Shown piece after piece: positions 25,294 through 33,279 of a stretch of 34,006 bases of DNA. The stretch covers positions 1-34,006 of the IMG/VR virus record IMGVR_UViG_3300017903_001352. One strand, written 5' to 3'. The translations under genes and the position numbers were made by a program. The first letter of the stretch is position 1. Every line of letters starts with the position of its first letter. A model generated the notes under the pieces. It was given only the letters and a program-made list of their open reading frames with translations. It searched no databases and was not told the origin of the DNA. This stretch comes from a virus. Taxonomy: Duplodnaviria; Caudoviricetes.

Positions 25294-26181
25294 ATGAAAA
25301 AATACACGGAGCAACTAAGCGAGAACGTGCATTTATTCGAGTATGATAATGCAAGGTCTACGGATGTAGTTCCTACGTTATTTTGTTCGGATATACACTT
25401 AGATAGCATTGGGTGTAAAAGAGACATTTTAAAAAGACATTTTGACGAGATAGTAAAAGCCGACGGGCTTATATTTATTTTTGGAGACTTGTTAGATGTA
25501 ATGGGCTCTTACGGGGATCGGAGGTTACAAAGAGAAGATATAGACCCGTTATTTATAAAACACGGCCGGACCTATTTAGACCTGGTTGCAGAATATACAA
25601 TAGAATTTTTAAAGCCTTATGCCAAAAACATAGGGCTTATTTCTTATGGTAACCACGAGAAAACTATTAATAAGTTTCATAACCACGACATACTACGCTC
25701 TATAGTATGGGCTTTAAATTTAGACGAAGATGTTAATATTCAACTTGGCGGGTATTCAGGTTGGGTATTCTTGAGAATGAAAAATATAAACGTCTCTCAA
25801 GTATGTAATATACATTATCATCACGGCTTTGGCGGAAACGCTAAAAGGTCTAAGGGTATGCTAGATGTACAAATTGAAGCTATGAAATACCCGGACGCTC
25901 ATATACTTGTAAGGGGGCACACTCATCAAAAATGGTACGACCCTAGTACGGCGCGTATGAGGGTTACAAGAAACGGCAGAATATATAAAGACAAAATAAA
26001 ATATATACAAAGCGGTAGCTACGTCGACGGCATAGGGGCGGGTAAATCCGGGTGGCCCGTAGAGAAAAATTTTAATCCTACCGATATAGGCGGGTGGTTT
26101 GTAGATTTTAAGTTAAAAAAATCTAACTCCGACTCATATATAATTACTCAAGTAATAGAGACTCCCGTAGAAACTTTTTAA
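25294..26181 (+). CDS. Calcineurin-like metallophosphoesterase
   Basis: SDIH, GDLLD, GNHE, HHG, GHTH: all five motifs present. Confidence 0.9.
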   Translation: MKKYTEQLSENVHLFEYDNARSTDVVPTLFCSDIHLDSIGCKRDILKRHFDEIVKADGLIFIFGDLLDVMGSYGDRRLQREDIDPLFIKHGRTYLDLVAEYTIEFLKPYAKNIGLISYGNHEKTINKFHNHDILRSIVWALNLDEDVNIQLGGYSGWVFLRMKNINVSQVCNIHYHHGFGGNAKRSKGMLDVQIEAMKYPDAHILVRGHTHQKWYDPSTARMRVTRNGRIYKDKIKYIQSGSYVDGIGAGKSGWPVEKNFNPTDIGGWFVDFKLKKSNSDSYIITQVIETPVETF

Positions 26182-26182
26182 T

Positions 26183-26404
26183 ATGTTGTCAGACTTTAGG
26201 ATATTTGCCCAGGTTACAAAAAACGGGGTAGTATATTCGGTACACGAAGTTTTTTACAAAGACGAAGAGCCCTACGATTTTATTTACCTACCTCTTGTTA
26301 TGATAAGCCTAGACGAAGAAGATCTAAAAGCAGAGTTAAGACTTACTCTAGAAGCTTGGTCTAAGCCAATATTAAGCCTTGATAACTTCCCTAACGAGTA
26401 TTAA
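26183..26404 (+). CDS. Hypothetical protein
   Basis: 73 aa with a YSVHEVFY motif, directly after the phosphoesterase. Confidence 0.65.
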   Translation: MLSDFRIFAQVTKNGVVYSVHEVFYKDEEPYDFIYLPLVMISLDEEDLKAELRLTLEAWSKPILSLDNFPNEY

Positions 26405-26434
26405 AAAACCCCTAACCAAATTAATGGCTAGGGG
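26403..26434 (-). terminator. Minus-strand intrinsic terminator
   Basis: Minus strand reads CCCCTAGCCA-TTAATT-TGGTTAGGGG-TTTTTT; the G.U pair and U-tract work only on the minus strand. Confidence 0.8.
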
Positions 26435-26475
26435 ACGGAGTGAACACAGAATACATCAAATACAATAAACAACAA
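26403..26475 (-). ncRNA. Candidate ~70-nt independently transcribed sRNA
   Basis: Bounded by a TATATTTG box (26478-26485, minus) and the minus-strand terminator; no ORF recognised; U/G-rich body. Confidence 0.55.
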
Positions 26476-26477
26476 AA

Positions 26478-26485
26478 CAAATATA
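26478..26485 (-). promoter_or_regulatory. Bacteroidota-type -7 promoter element TAnnTTTG
   Basis: Minus strand TCGT-TATATTTG, divergent from the early promoter at 26519. Confidence 0.5.
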
Positions 26486-26518
26486 ACGAAAAGAGGTACA
26501 AAAAAAATTTAAAATAAA

Positions 26519-26547
26519 TTTGGTATTAATAAAATTATACCTATATT
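26519..26547 (+). promoter_or_regulatory. Early promoter of the recombination/replication operon
   Basis: A-tract UP region, TTTG-19 nt-TATATT, then AACGATAACAAAC; same layout as 32326 and 33213. Confidence 0.65.
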
Positions 26548-26585
26548 ATTGTTAGCTAACGATAACAAACCTAAAAGGATAACAA

Positions 26586-26747
26586 ATGCAAACAGTAATG
26601 AAGATACTAGCTTATGTATGTACTATAGTTTTTCTCTTTTTTCTTATGGCAGAAGGTGAGACTATAAAACACATATTAATACAATTTGTAATTATAACGA
26701 TAACCGGAACATACCTTGTATATTATGCCAATAGAAGAACCGTATAA
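26586..26747 (+). CDS. Small two-TM membrane protein (53 aa), not in the ORF track
   Basis: MQTVMKILAYVCTIVFLFFLMAEGETIKHILIQFVIITITGTYLVYYANRRTV*; first ORF after the promoter. Confidence 0.65.
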   Translation: MQTVMKILAYVCTIVFLFFLMAEGETIKHILIQFVIITITGTYLVYYANRRTV

Positions 26748-27150
26748 CATTATACAGAGCGTAAAAGATGGCGAGACAAAGGCTAGTAATGCTTACGTAA
26801 AGCTACGCGCTCTTAAAAGTGAAATAGAGTACTCTATAAAAGAAATAGAGAGCCAACTACTAGACGAGATAACCCAACTAGATGACAAAGAGGACTTAAT
26901 AGTAGACGGGTATAAACTTAGCCACGTAGCGGGCCGAATTACCTACAACTTTAAAGAATCGGAAGTATGGCTAAAACAAAAAGACTCTCTAAAAATAGTA
27001 GAGGAGAAACTAAAGCAAGCCACTAAGTTAGGCGTAGATTTAGTAGAGCCGGACACCGGCGAATTATACGAACCTATTACCAAGCGACAAGGTAGCGGGT
27101 ACATAAAAATGGAACAAGCAAGAACACCCCTAATAGATATAATAAAATGA
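26725..27150 (+). CDS. Hypothetical recombination-module protein
   Basis: Start at ATG 26725 (MPIEEP) preferred; coiled coil, GRITYNF, VEPDTGE; upstream of ERF. Confidence 0.65.
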   Translation: MPIEEPYNIIQSVKDGETKASNAYVKLRALKSEIEYSIKEIESQLLDEITQLDDKEDLIVDGYKLSHVAGRITYNFKESEVWLKQKDSLKIVEEKLKQATKLGVDLVEPDTGELYEPITKRQGSGYIKMEQARTPLIDIIK

Positions 27151-27680
27151 GCATACATAAAAAACTATTTAAAGTTACGAGCACAATGGATAAGATGACA
27201 AAGGATAGTAAAAACCCTTTTTTCAATTCTAAGTATTTCGACATAAATCAACTTATAGAAGCAGTACGACCGGCGTTCATACGCGAGGACTTATTATTAC
27301 TTCAGCCTATAGAAAACAATCAAGTAGGTACGAGAATAATAGACATAGAAACCGGAGAGGCAGTAGAGTCTTTTCTACCCTTGCCCGATCTTTCGGACCC
27401 TCAAAAGATTGGGGCTTGCATAACATACTACCGGCGCTTTACTCTTGGTAGTCTTATAGGTATAGAGGCAGAGGACGACGACGGTAACTTAGCTTCAGGT
27501 AACAAGCCAAAAGTATCTAAGTCATATAAAGAAATAAAAAAACCTTGGCTCAATGAAGGTATGGACGAATGGGATAAAGCAGAAGAGTTTGTAAAGGGTG
27601 GTGGCAACCCTAATCTTTTACGGCAAAAGTACGCAGTATCTAAACCCAATATGGACTACTTTTATTCTATTGCTAAATGA
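27147..27680 (+). CDS. erf: ERF-family single-strand annealing protein
   Basis: KDSKNPFFNSKY, PQKIGACITYYRRFTL.SLIGI..EDDDGN. Confidence 0.92.
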   Translation: MSIHKKLFKVTSTMDKMTKDSKNPFFNSKYFDINQLIEAVRPAFIREDLLLLQPIENNQVGTRIIDIETGEAVESFLPLPDLSDPQKIGACITYYRRFTLGSLIGIEAEDDDGNLASGNKPKVSKSYKEIKKPWLNEGMDEWDKAEEFVKGGGNPNLLRQKYAVSKPNMDYFYSIAK

Positions 27681-28063
27681 AGTTTAAAAGATATTTCAGA
27701 GTATCAAAAGGCAACACCGTTAAGGCCTGGAGGTTAGAGGTTAGAGATTACCTTACCTCTTTGCCCGACGGTAATTATTCTATAACAATAGAGGAGGCCT
27801 CTAAAGATAACAGAAGCATTTTACAAAATAGGCTTTATTGGAAGTGGCTAGAGATTATAGGCGAGGACCTCGGTTATATGCCAAAAGAATTACACGAAGA
27901 ATTTATAGAACTATACGCGCCGGTCTATACACTTAGGGGCTTAGACGGCAAACCAAAACAAAAACCAATAAGAACGAGTAAGATGGACGTAAACCAAATG
28001 GCTAAGTATATGGAGGCTATTACTATTTTTTGCTCACAACATAACATACGATTACCATTATGA
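27677..28063 (+). CDS. ninB: NinB/Orf-family recombination mediator
   Basis: RSILQNRLYWKWL, ELHE, TSKMDVNQMAKYME. Confidence 0.8.
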   Translation: MKFKRYFRVSKGNTVKAWRLEVRDYLTSLPDGNYSITIEEASKDNRSILQNRLYWKWLEIIGEDLGYMPKELHEEFIELYAPVYTLRGLDGKPKQKPIRTSKMDVNQMAKYMEAITIFCSQHNIRLPL

Positions 28064-28257
28064 AACCTAAACAAGAACTAGAAGAGTTACGGGAATGGCT
28101 ACAAAAGCAAAGCGTAAACGAAATATCCTTTGACATACGTGTACCGGCGCCTAGACTCAGAGCATTTAAAAACGGGGCTTCTAAAGACCCTAGTTATACA
28201 ACCATTAGAAAACTACAAGAATGGAAACTAAAACCTAAGAGCAATGGAAATAATTAA
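28060..28257 (+). CDS. XRE/Cro-like HTH regulator
   Basis: VNEISFDIRVPAPRLRAFKNGASKDPSYTTIRKL. Confidence 0.7.
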   Translation: MKPKQELEELREWLQKQSVNEISFDIRVPAPRLRAFKNGASKDPSYTTIRKLQEWKLKPKSNGNN

Positions 28258-28405
28258 ACTTATATTTGATGCTATTGATCTAGTAGCTAAAATATTAGGA
28301 TTTATAGCTCTATATGCAATAGCGATAGCGCTAACAGATTGGAGACACTTAAACAAAAACAAACTAAAAAACTATGAAGATAACACAAGCACAACAAGTA
28401 CTTAA
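28244..28405 (+). CDS. Small membrane protein (53 aa), not in the ORF track
   Basis: MEIIKLIFDAIDLVAKILGFIALYAIAIALTDW...; fills the gap between the two HTH genes. Confidence 0.6.
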   Translation: MEIIKLIFDAIDLVAKILGFIALYAIAIALTDWRHLNKNKLKNYEDNTSTTST

Positions 28406-28589
28406 ACATATTAGATACTATGGAAAAATAAGCTCTTTAGATGCTTTCCAAGAGTATGGAATTACTAGGCTTTCGGCCGTTATACATAAATTAAAAAAAC
28501 AAGGCCTAAATATAACGGCGGAGACAAAAGTTACAACTACACGACTAGGCAATAAAACTAATTACGCTGAATATAAATTAACAAATTAA
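28374..28589 (+). CDS. Winged HTH protein (HTH_39-like)
   Basis: TQAQQVLKH...ISSLDAFQEYGITRLSAVIHKLKKQGLNI. Confidence 0.8.
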   Translation: MKITQAQQVLKHIRYYGKISSLDAFQEYGITRLSAVIHKLKKQGLNITAETKVTTTRLGNKTNYAEYKLTN

Positions 28590-29011
28590 TGGGACTACAA
28601 AATAGTAAAAATCTTTCATCAGCTAAAAAGACTTGCGACGAGTGGTTTAGCCGTTACATAAGAATAAGGGACGCTAACGCAAATGGATTATGCAAATGCG
28701 TTACTTGTGATACGGTAAAGCCCTGGCGTGAGATGGACTGCGGGCATTTCCAAAGCCGTAGATATATTGCTACTAGATGGCTAGAGCAAAATGCTCACGC
28801 TCAATGTCAATCGTGTAATAAATACCAGGCCGGAGAACAATATAAACACGGAAGAGCTATAAACGATTTTTATGGAGAAGGGACGGCGGAGTATATTGCA
28901 TACTCTTCTAGAGCTTTGCATAAAATGAACAAACAAGAAGTAATGGAACTAGCAAGATATTTTAAACAAGAAACCGAAACCCTAGCAAAGGAAAAAAATT
29001 TAGAAATATGA
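28589..29011 (+). CDS. ninG: NinG/Rap-family endonuclease
   Basis: FSRYIRIRD, CVTC, DCGHF.SR, NAHAQCQSCN. Confidence 0.92.
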   Translation: MGLQNSKNLSSAKKTCDEWFSRYIRIRDANANGLCKCVTCDTVKPWREMDCGHFQSRRYIATRWLEQNAHAQCQSCNKYQAGEQYKHGRAINDFYGEGTAEYIAYSSRALHKMNKQEVMELARYFKQETETLAKEKNLEI

Positions 29012-29412
29012 ATAAAGTTATTTTAATAGGAAGGCTTGGCAAAGACCCCGAGTTACGTATGACGCAAACTAATATGCCGGTGGTAAATTTTAGTCTAGCA
29101 ACTTCTTCAAAGTACAAAGGAGAGGAACAAACAGAGTGGCATAATATAGTTTGTTTTAATAAGACCGCAGAAATAGCCGAAAAATATCTAAATAAAGGCG
29201 CGTTAGTAGCAATAGACGGAAAAATAAAGACGTCAAGTTATGAGAAAGACGGGCGTACTATTTATAGAACAGATATTCTTTGTAACAGTTTAGATATGTT
29301 AGGCAGTAAAGATAGTAGCACTAACAAAGATAAGCCCGTAGAAGCTAAAAACGGCGCTCAAAAGGTAACAAATATAGATCTAAGCACAATAGACGACGAG
29401 TTACCATTTTAG
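29008..29412 (+). CDS. ssb: Single-stranded DNA-binding protein
   Basis: MNKVILIGRLGKDPE, TEWHNIV, C-terminal DDELPF. Confidence 0.97.
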   Translation: MNKVILIGRLGKDPELRMTQTNMPVVNFSLATSSKYKGEEQTEWHNIVCFNKTAEIAEKYLNKGALVAIDGKIKTSSYEKDGRTIYRTDILCNSLDMLGSKDSSTNKDKPVEAKNGAQKVTNIDLSTIDDELPF

Positions 29413-29454
29413 AATAATTTTTTCTACATTAATCAAAACATTAACGCCGGTCTA

Positions 29455-29538
29455 TTTGTCCGTGGGCATACGATAACAAAAGACTAACAAATACGGGGGA
29501 TGTTTGACGTTATGCCCAACGTTGAGCGTTCCCTTTTT
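29455..29538 (+). promoter_or_regulatory. Structured leader/attenuator of the replication initiator gene
   Basis: Hairpin with loop GGGCAT (29464-29469) and a 16-bp G.U-rich hairpin with loop ATGCCC (29512-29517) followed by TTTTT, ending 4 nt before ATG 29543. Confidence 0.7.
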
Positions 29539-29542
29539 ATTT

Positions 29543-30202
29543 ATGAAAGGTTGGATAAGTTTACATAGGAGCATAGAAGAACATTGGTTATATCCTAAAG
29601 GGCGCGAGTTTACAAAATATGAAGCCTGGATAGATATACTCTTACAAGTGAATCACGCAGAAAAAAAAGTAATGATAAAGGACGAGCTTTTTTTGTGTAA
29701 ACGTGGGGACTCTGTAAGGTCTTTAAAGGAGTGGGGCAAGCGTTGGGGATGGAGCCGTAATAAAGTTAGAAGGTTTTTAGAACTGTTAGAAAAAGATTCG
29801 ATGATTGTACTAAGACCCGACACAAAAACGACACACCTAACAGTATGCAATTACGACACTTACCAGGTAGCGCGGAACAGTAACGGACATCAGACGGACA
29901 CCGCACGGACATCAGACGGACATCAGACGGACACAAACAATAACGTAAATAACTATAACAATGTAAACAATGTAAATAAGACGCCGACTATAGATTTAGT
30001 AATAAATTATTTTAAGGAGAGTGGTGTTATATCTAAAAAGGATATAAAAGCAGAGTCTAGAAGATTTATGGCCTACTATGAAGAGATGAATTGGAAAAAA
30101 AATAATATCCCAATAAATTGGATAAATAGAGCCGGTAGGTGGGAGACTACATACACAGAATTTAAATTACGAGATGAACGCAAACATCAAAACCCATTTT
30201 AA
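29543..30202 (+). CDS. Replication initiator / replisome organiser (lambda O-analogous)
   Basis: MKGWISLHRSI..HW, AWIDILL..NH, RWGWSRNKVRRFL..LE, LTVCNYDTYQ; internal iterons; ATG 29543 preferred over TTG 29504. Confidence 0.85.
   Translation: MKGWISLHRSIEEHWLYPKGREFTKYEAWIDILLQVNHAEKKVMIKDELFLCKRGDSVRSLKEWGKRWGWSRNKVRRFLELLEKDSMIVLRPDTKTTHLTVCNYDTYQVARNSNGHQTDTARTSDGHQTDTNNNVNNYNNVNNVNKTPTIDLVINYFKESGVISKKDIKAESRRFMAYYEEMNWKKNNIPINWINRAGRWETTYTEFKLRDERKHQNPF
29883..29937 (+). repeat. Five tandem 11-bp iterons (ACGGACAtcag), probable replication origin
   Basis: ACGGACA at 29883, 29894, 29905, 29916, 29927, followed by an A-rich tract to about 29980. Confidence 0.85.
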
Positions 30203-30204
30203 TT

Positions 30205-30744
30205 ATGAGTACAGTATACACAAAGAAAGAAGTAAGCAAATGTATAGAGCTAGGATTAAACTACGAGTACGATAAAGATCTATTAAATCTTTTGTATCAG
30301 TTTCACATAGATATAGGAGCTACTAAAGACTTACCGGAGGAAAGGAATACGCTAAAAAAATACCTGGTACGACTACACGAAACTATAACACTATACAATA
30401 GATTATATCCCGACGACGTTGCTTTTACCGTTATTTATGGCGATTGGATGCTAGCAGTAGTATATGAAGAGGTAAAAAGGTATGGTAATAATATATCAGC
30501 ATTAGCAAAGTGCTTTAATGATTGGTATAAGATAAATGCAGACAAATATATTAAAAGTACGGCGCCAACAAATAACTATAAGTCTAGAAATATCAAGGAC
30601 TTTACTAATGTGGAGATAGCAAGATTATACGAAACTGTTGATATGCTTAATAATGGCGATAGTATAGGGGGCCTATTCAATACCGGAGGGGCTAAAAGTT
30701 TTTTTAAAAGATTAAAGCAAGAATACGAGACTAGATTTAATTAA
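30205..30744 (+). CDS. Hypothetical protein in the helicase-loader position
   Basis: 179 aa directly after the initiator; no Walker motif seen. Confidence 0.55.
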   Translation: MSTVYTKKEVSKCIELGLNYEYDKDLLNLLYQFHIDIGATKDLPEERNTLKKYLVRLHETITLYNRLYPDDVAFTVIYGDWMLAVVYEEVKRYGNNISALAKCFNDWYKINADKYIKSTAPTNNYKSRNIKDFTNVEIARLYETVDMLNNGDSIGGLFNTGGAKSFFKRLKQEYETRFN

Positions 30745-30767
30745 TTAATTTTTATTAAATTGTTTAT

Positions 30768-31043
30768 ATGGCAGACGGTAGAAAAAATAACGGAGGACAT
30801 TCCACAAAAGGCAGAGCCGGGCGAAAGCCTAAAGCCAAGGAGATAGCTATGCTAGAGGCTATGGATGCTACACTAGCGCCGGTAGAGGTGTGGAAGAGAC
30901 TAGCCGATAGAGTTAATGACGGATCCGATACGGCTATTAAAACCTGGTTATCGTACAGATATGGCCAACCAAAGCAAAGCGTAGACCATACAACCGACGG
31001 CGATAAGATAGAGAGCGTAACGGTACGGATAATTGAGCCATAA
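30768..31043 (+). CDS. terS: Terminase small subunit
   Basis: DGRKNNGG...AGRKPK...YRYGQPKQSVD; immediately upstream of terL. Confidence 0.75.
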   Translation: MADGRKNNGGHSTKGRAGRKPKAKEIAMLEAMDATLAPVEVWKRLADRVNDGSDTAIKTWLSYRYGQPKQSVDHTTDGDKIESVTVRIIEP

Positions 31044-32220
31044 CCTAGACGCTACAAAGTTATACTCTATTACGTGGAACTCTAAAAAGCCTTACGTAGT
31101 CCACCAAGGGGGAACGTCTAGCGGTAAGACTTACGCTATCCTACAAGTCCTTATAATGAAAGCTAGCACGACGCCGGGCCTTGTTATAACAGTAGTGGGC
31201 CAAGATATACCTAACTTACGTGTAGGAGCCTACCGGGACGCTCAAAATATCTTATATAACGACGCTTTTTTTACCCAGGAACTAAAAGACCATAATAAGA
31301 GTAATAGGGTGTTTACTTTTCGTAGTGGGTCTAAAATAGAATTTAACTCATATAACGACGAGATAGACGCGCGGAGTGGTAAGCGTACTCATAGCTTTTT
31401 TAACGAGGCTAACGGTATAGACTTTGGGATATTTGAGCAAATCAGTATGAGGACTACCGAGCAAACTATTATAGACTTTAACCCGTCGGCTAGGTTTTGG
31501 GCTCACGATGTTTTACAAGGTCGATCCGATGTAGATTGGTTTGTTTCTACCTTTCGGGATAACGCATTTATACAACCCTCGATAAGAGAGAAAATATTAA
31601 GCTACGAACCAACTCCGGAAAATGTAAAAAGAGGCACGTCTAACGAGTTTCGTTGGATGGTGTACGGACTTGGTGAGGTTGGTAGACTAGAAGGCTTAGT
31701 ATTCCCTAATTTTGAATTATCAAACGAATGGCCCAATAATTATAAATGGAGGGTATACGGGCTCGATTGGGGTTATACTAACGATCCGACGGCGCTAGTA
31801 GAAATACGGTACTCCGAGGGCTCTCTATATTGGAGGCAACATATATACCGTAAGAGGCTTACAAATCAAAGTATAGCCCGCCTTATAGAGGATATAGGTA
31901 TAGAAGAGGAAATAATAGCTGATAGCGCCGAGCCTAAGAGTATAGCCGAGCTACGTAATAATGGCTTATGGGTCCGGCCCGCTAAAAAGGGTAAGGACTC
32001 GGTACTATTTGGCATTCAGTTACTGCAAGACTACCCGATAAAAATATACTCACAAAGCAAAGACCTTATAGAGGAGTTTAGTAGTTACACGTGGGCAAAA
32101 GATCGGAGCGGTAGCCCAACTAATAAACCTATAGACGACTTTAACCACGGTATAGACGCCGGACGTTACGCGATAATGGATAAAATGAAGAAGAAAACTA
32201 TAGATATTTCCTTAGTGTAA
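31033..32220 (+). CDS. terL: Terminase large subunit (PBSX/SPP1 type)
   Basis: QGGTSSGKT Walker A, FFNEA Walker B, DFNP, GLDWGYTNDP, ADSAEPKSI, NHGIDAGRY. Confidence 0.96.
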   Translation: MSHNLDATKLYSITWNSKKPYVVHQGGTSSGKTYAILQVLIMKASTTPGLVITVVGQDIPNLRVGAYRDAQNILYNDAFFTQELKDHNKSNRVFTFRSGSKIEFNSYNDEIDARSGKRTHSFFNEANGIDFGIFEQISMRTTEQTIIDFNPSARFWAHDVLQGRSDVDWFVSTFRDNAFIQPSIREKILSYEPTPENVKRGTSNEFRWMVYGLGEVGRLEGLVFPNFELSNEWPNNYKWRVYGLDWGYTNDPTALVEIRYSEGSLYWRQHIYRKRLTNQSIARLIEDIGIEEEIIADSAEPKSIAELRNNGLWVRPAKKGKDSVLFGIQLLQDYPIKIYSQSKDLIEEFSSYTWAKDRSGSPTNKPIDDFNHGIDAGRYAIMDKMKKKTIDISLV

Positions 32221-32325
32221 ATAACCAGGAACGCCCGTTCCTAAAAAAAAATTAAAAAAAAATATGGGTCTACATACCCAAAAAGGGCTATTTTATAATA
32301 AATAAAAAATAATTTAAAAATTTAT

Positions 32326-32354
32326 TTGCATTGAATGTAGGAATGCCGTATCAT
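32326..32354 (+). promoter_or_regulatory. Strong early promoter
   Basis: TTGCAT-17-TATCAT with upstream A-tracts; also readable as TTTG-20-TAnn. Confidence 0.75.
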
Positions 32355-32389
32355 TAAGTAAGATAAACGATAACAAAACACCTAAAAAA

Positions 32390-32662
32390 ATGAAATTCAA
32401 ATACGTACACGCCGTCGAGTATTATAATATCAAAACCCGGGATTATTCTTTTTCTCGTTATTTCTCTTCAGAAAAAAAAGCCAAAAAAGATATAACAGAA
32501 ACAGTAAAACCTTATGGTATAGAGCCAAAATTTACATATTTACCCGTTTCGGACCTTACCTATATAACAGACCAAAATGCCTCGCAATTTTATAGAAATA
32601 TAGAGTACCGAAAAGACAGAACTTGCTATCCCGTAGCCATAATTAAAAAAATAGTAGAATAA
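32390..32662 (+). CDS. Hypothetical early protein
   Basis: 90-aa ORF after the promoter and leader motif. Confidence 0.7.
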   Translation: MKFKYVHAVEYYNIKTRDYSFSRYFSSEKKAKKDITETVKPYGIEPKFTYLPVSDLTYITDQNASQFYRNIEYRKDRTCYPVAIIKKIVE

Positions 32663-32676
32663 ACAATAACAAAACC

Positions 32677-32699
32677 GGGAGGCCTTAAGGTCTCCCTTT
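32677..32699 (+). terminator. Weak terminator / processing hairpin
   Basis: GGGAGGCC-TTAA-GGTCTCCC-TTT. Confidence 0.65.
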
Positions 32700-32714
32700 A
32701 ATGGAGAAAAACAA

Positions 32715-33155
32715 ATGACAAAGCAAGATATAAGAGACGAAATTAAAAGACTAGAACAAAAAAAACAGAATAGTACCCTTATAGATAAGAGTAGCTACGA
32801 CCGAGATATAGAACACCTAAAAAGACGTATTCCATTCGAGACAATGAGAGACGATCTAGTAGGTAAATATATTAATAGATGTCTTTGGACTGATGCTTAC
32901 CCGGTCGGTAAGATTGTAGATATTAAAGGCAAGGATACGGTTTTTATTCAGCCCGTAGTAGCCGGAGAGAATAAAACTAAAATGGATTTTATTCCTGGCG
33001 GATTCGGCGCACATTGTACTAACAACAGAGAGCAAAGTTACGACTTCGAGGAAGCCGGCGAAGTATTTAAGGAACGTCTAACATTCTCTAAGTTAGAAAA
33101 ATATTCTTGGTACATACACGACGCGCCTAGCAAGCATTACGATTATAACTTTTAA
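32715..33155 (+). CDS. Hypothetical early protein
   Basis: 146 aa; FIPGGFGAHCTN and C-terminal HYDYNF. Confidence 0.75.
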   Translation: MTKQDIRDEIKRLEQKKQNSTLIDKSSYDRDIEHLKRRIPFETMRDDLVGKYINRCLWTDAYPVGKIVDIKGKDTVFIQPVVAGENKTKMDFIPGGFGAHCTNNREQSYDFEEAGEVFKERLTFSKLEKYSWYIHDAPSKHYDYNF

Positions 33156-33163
33156 TATTAAAC

Positions 33164-33192
33164 GGGGAGCGTAAAAAACTCCCCCTTTTTTT
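33164..33192 (+). terminator. Intrinsic terminator
   Basis: GGGGAG...CTCCCC followed by C and T7. Confidence 0.8.
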
Positions 33193-33212
33193 AAAAATAA
33201 TTAAAAAAATAT

Positions 33213-33241
33213 TTGCATTGTATTATAAATGTGTGTATATT
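33213..33241 (+). promoter_or_regulatory. Strong early promoter
   Basis: TTGCAT-17-TATATT with the same upstream AAAAATAATT..AAAA.ATTTGCATTG context as 32326. Confidence 0.75.
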
Positions 33242-33279
33242 ACTTGTGAATTAAGAAACGATAACAAAACACAAGAACA

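Noticed and set aside
29504-29542. TTG start for the replication initiator
   Set aside because: Lies inside the leader hairpin; the family-like sequence starts at MKGWISLHR (ATG 29543).
1555-29850. Minus-strand ORFs in the track (e.g. 12295..12858, 21043..21381, 9876..10166) and nested + strand ORFs (2713, 7052, 20585, 22260)
   Set aside because: They lie within or largely overlap well-supported + strand genes and have no recognisable motifs; treated as shadow ORFs.
29883-29937. CRISPR or mini-array
   Set aside because: 11-bp tandem units with no spacers, inside a CDS; these are iterons.
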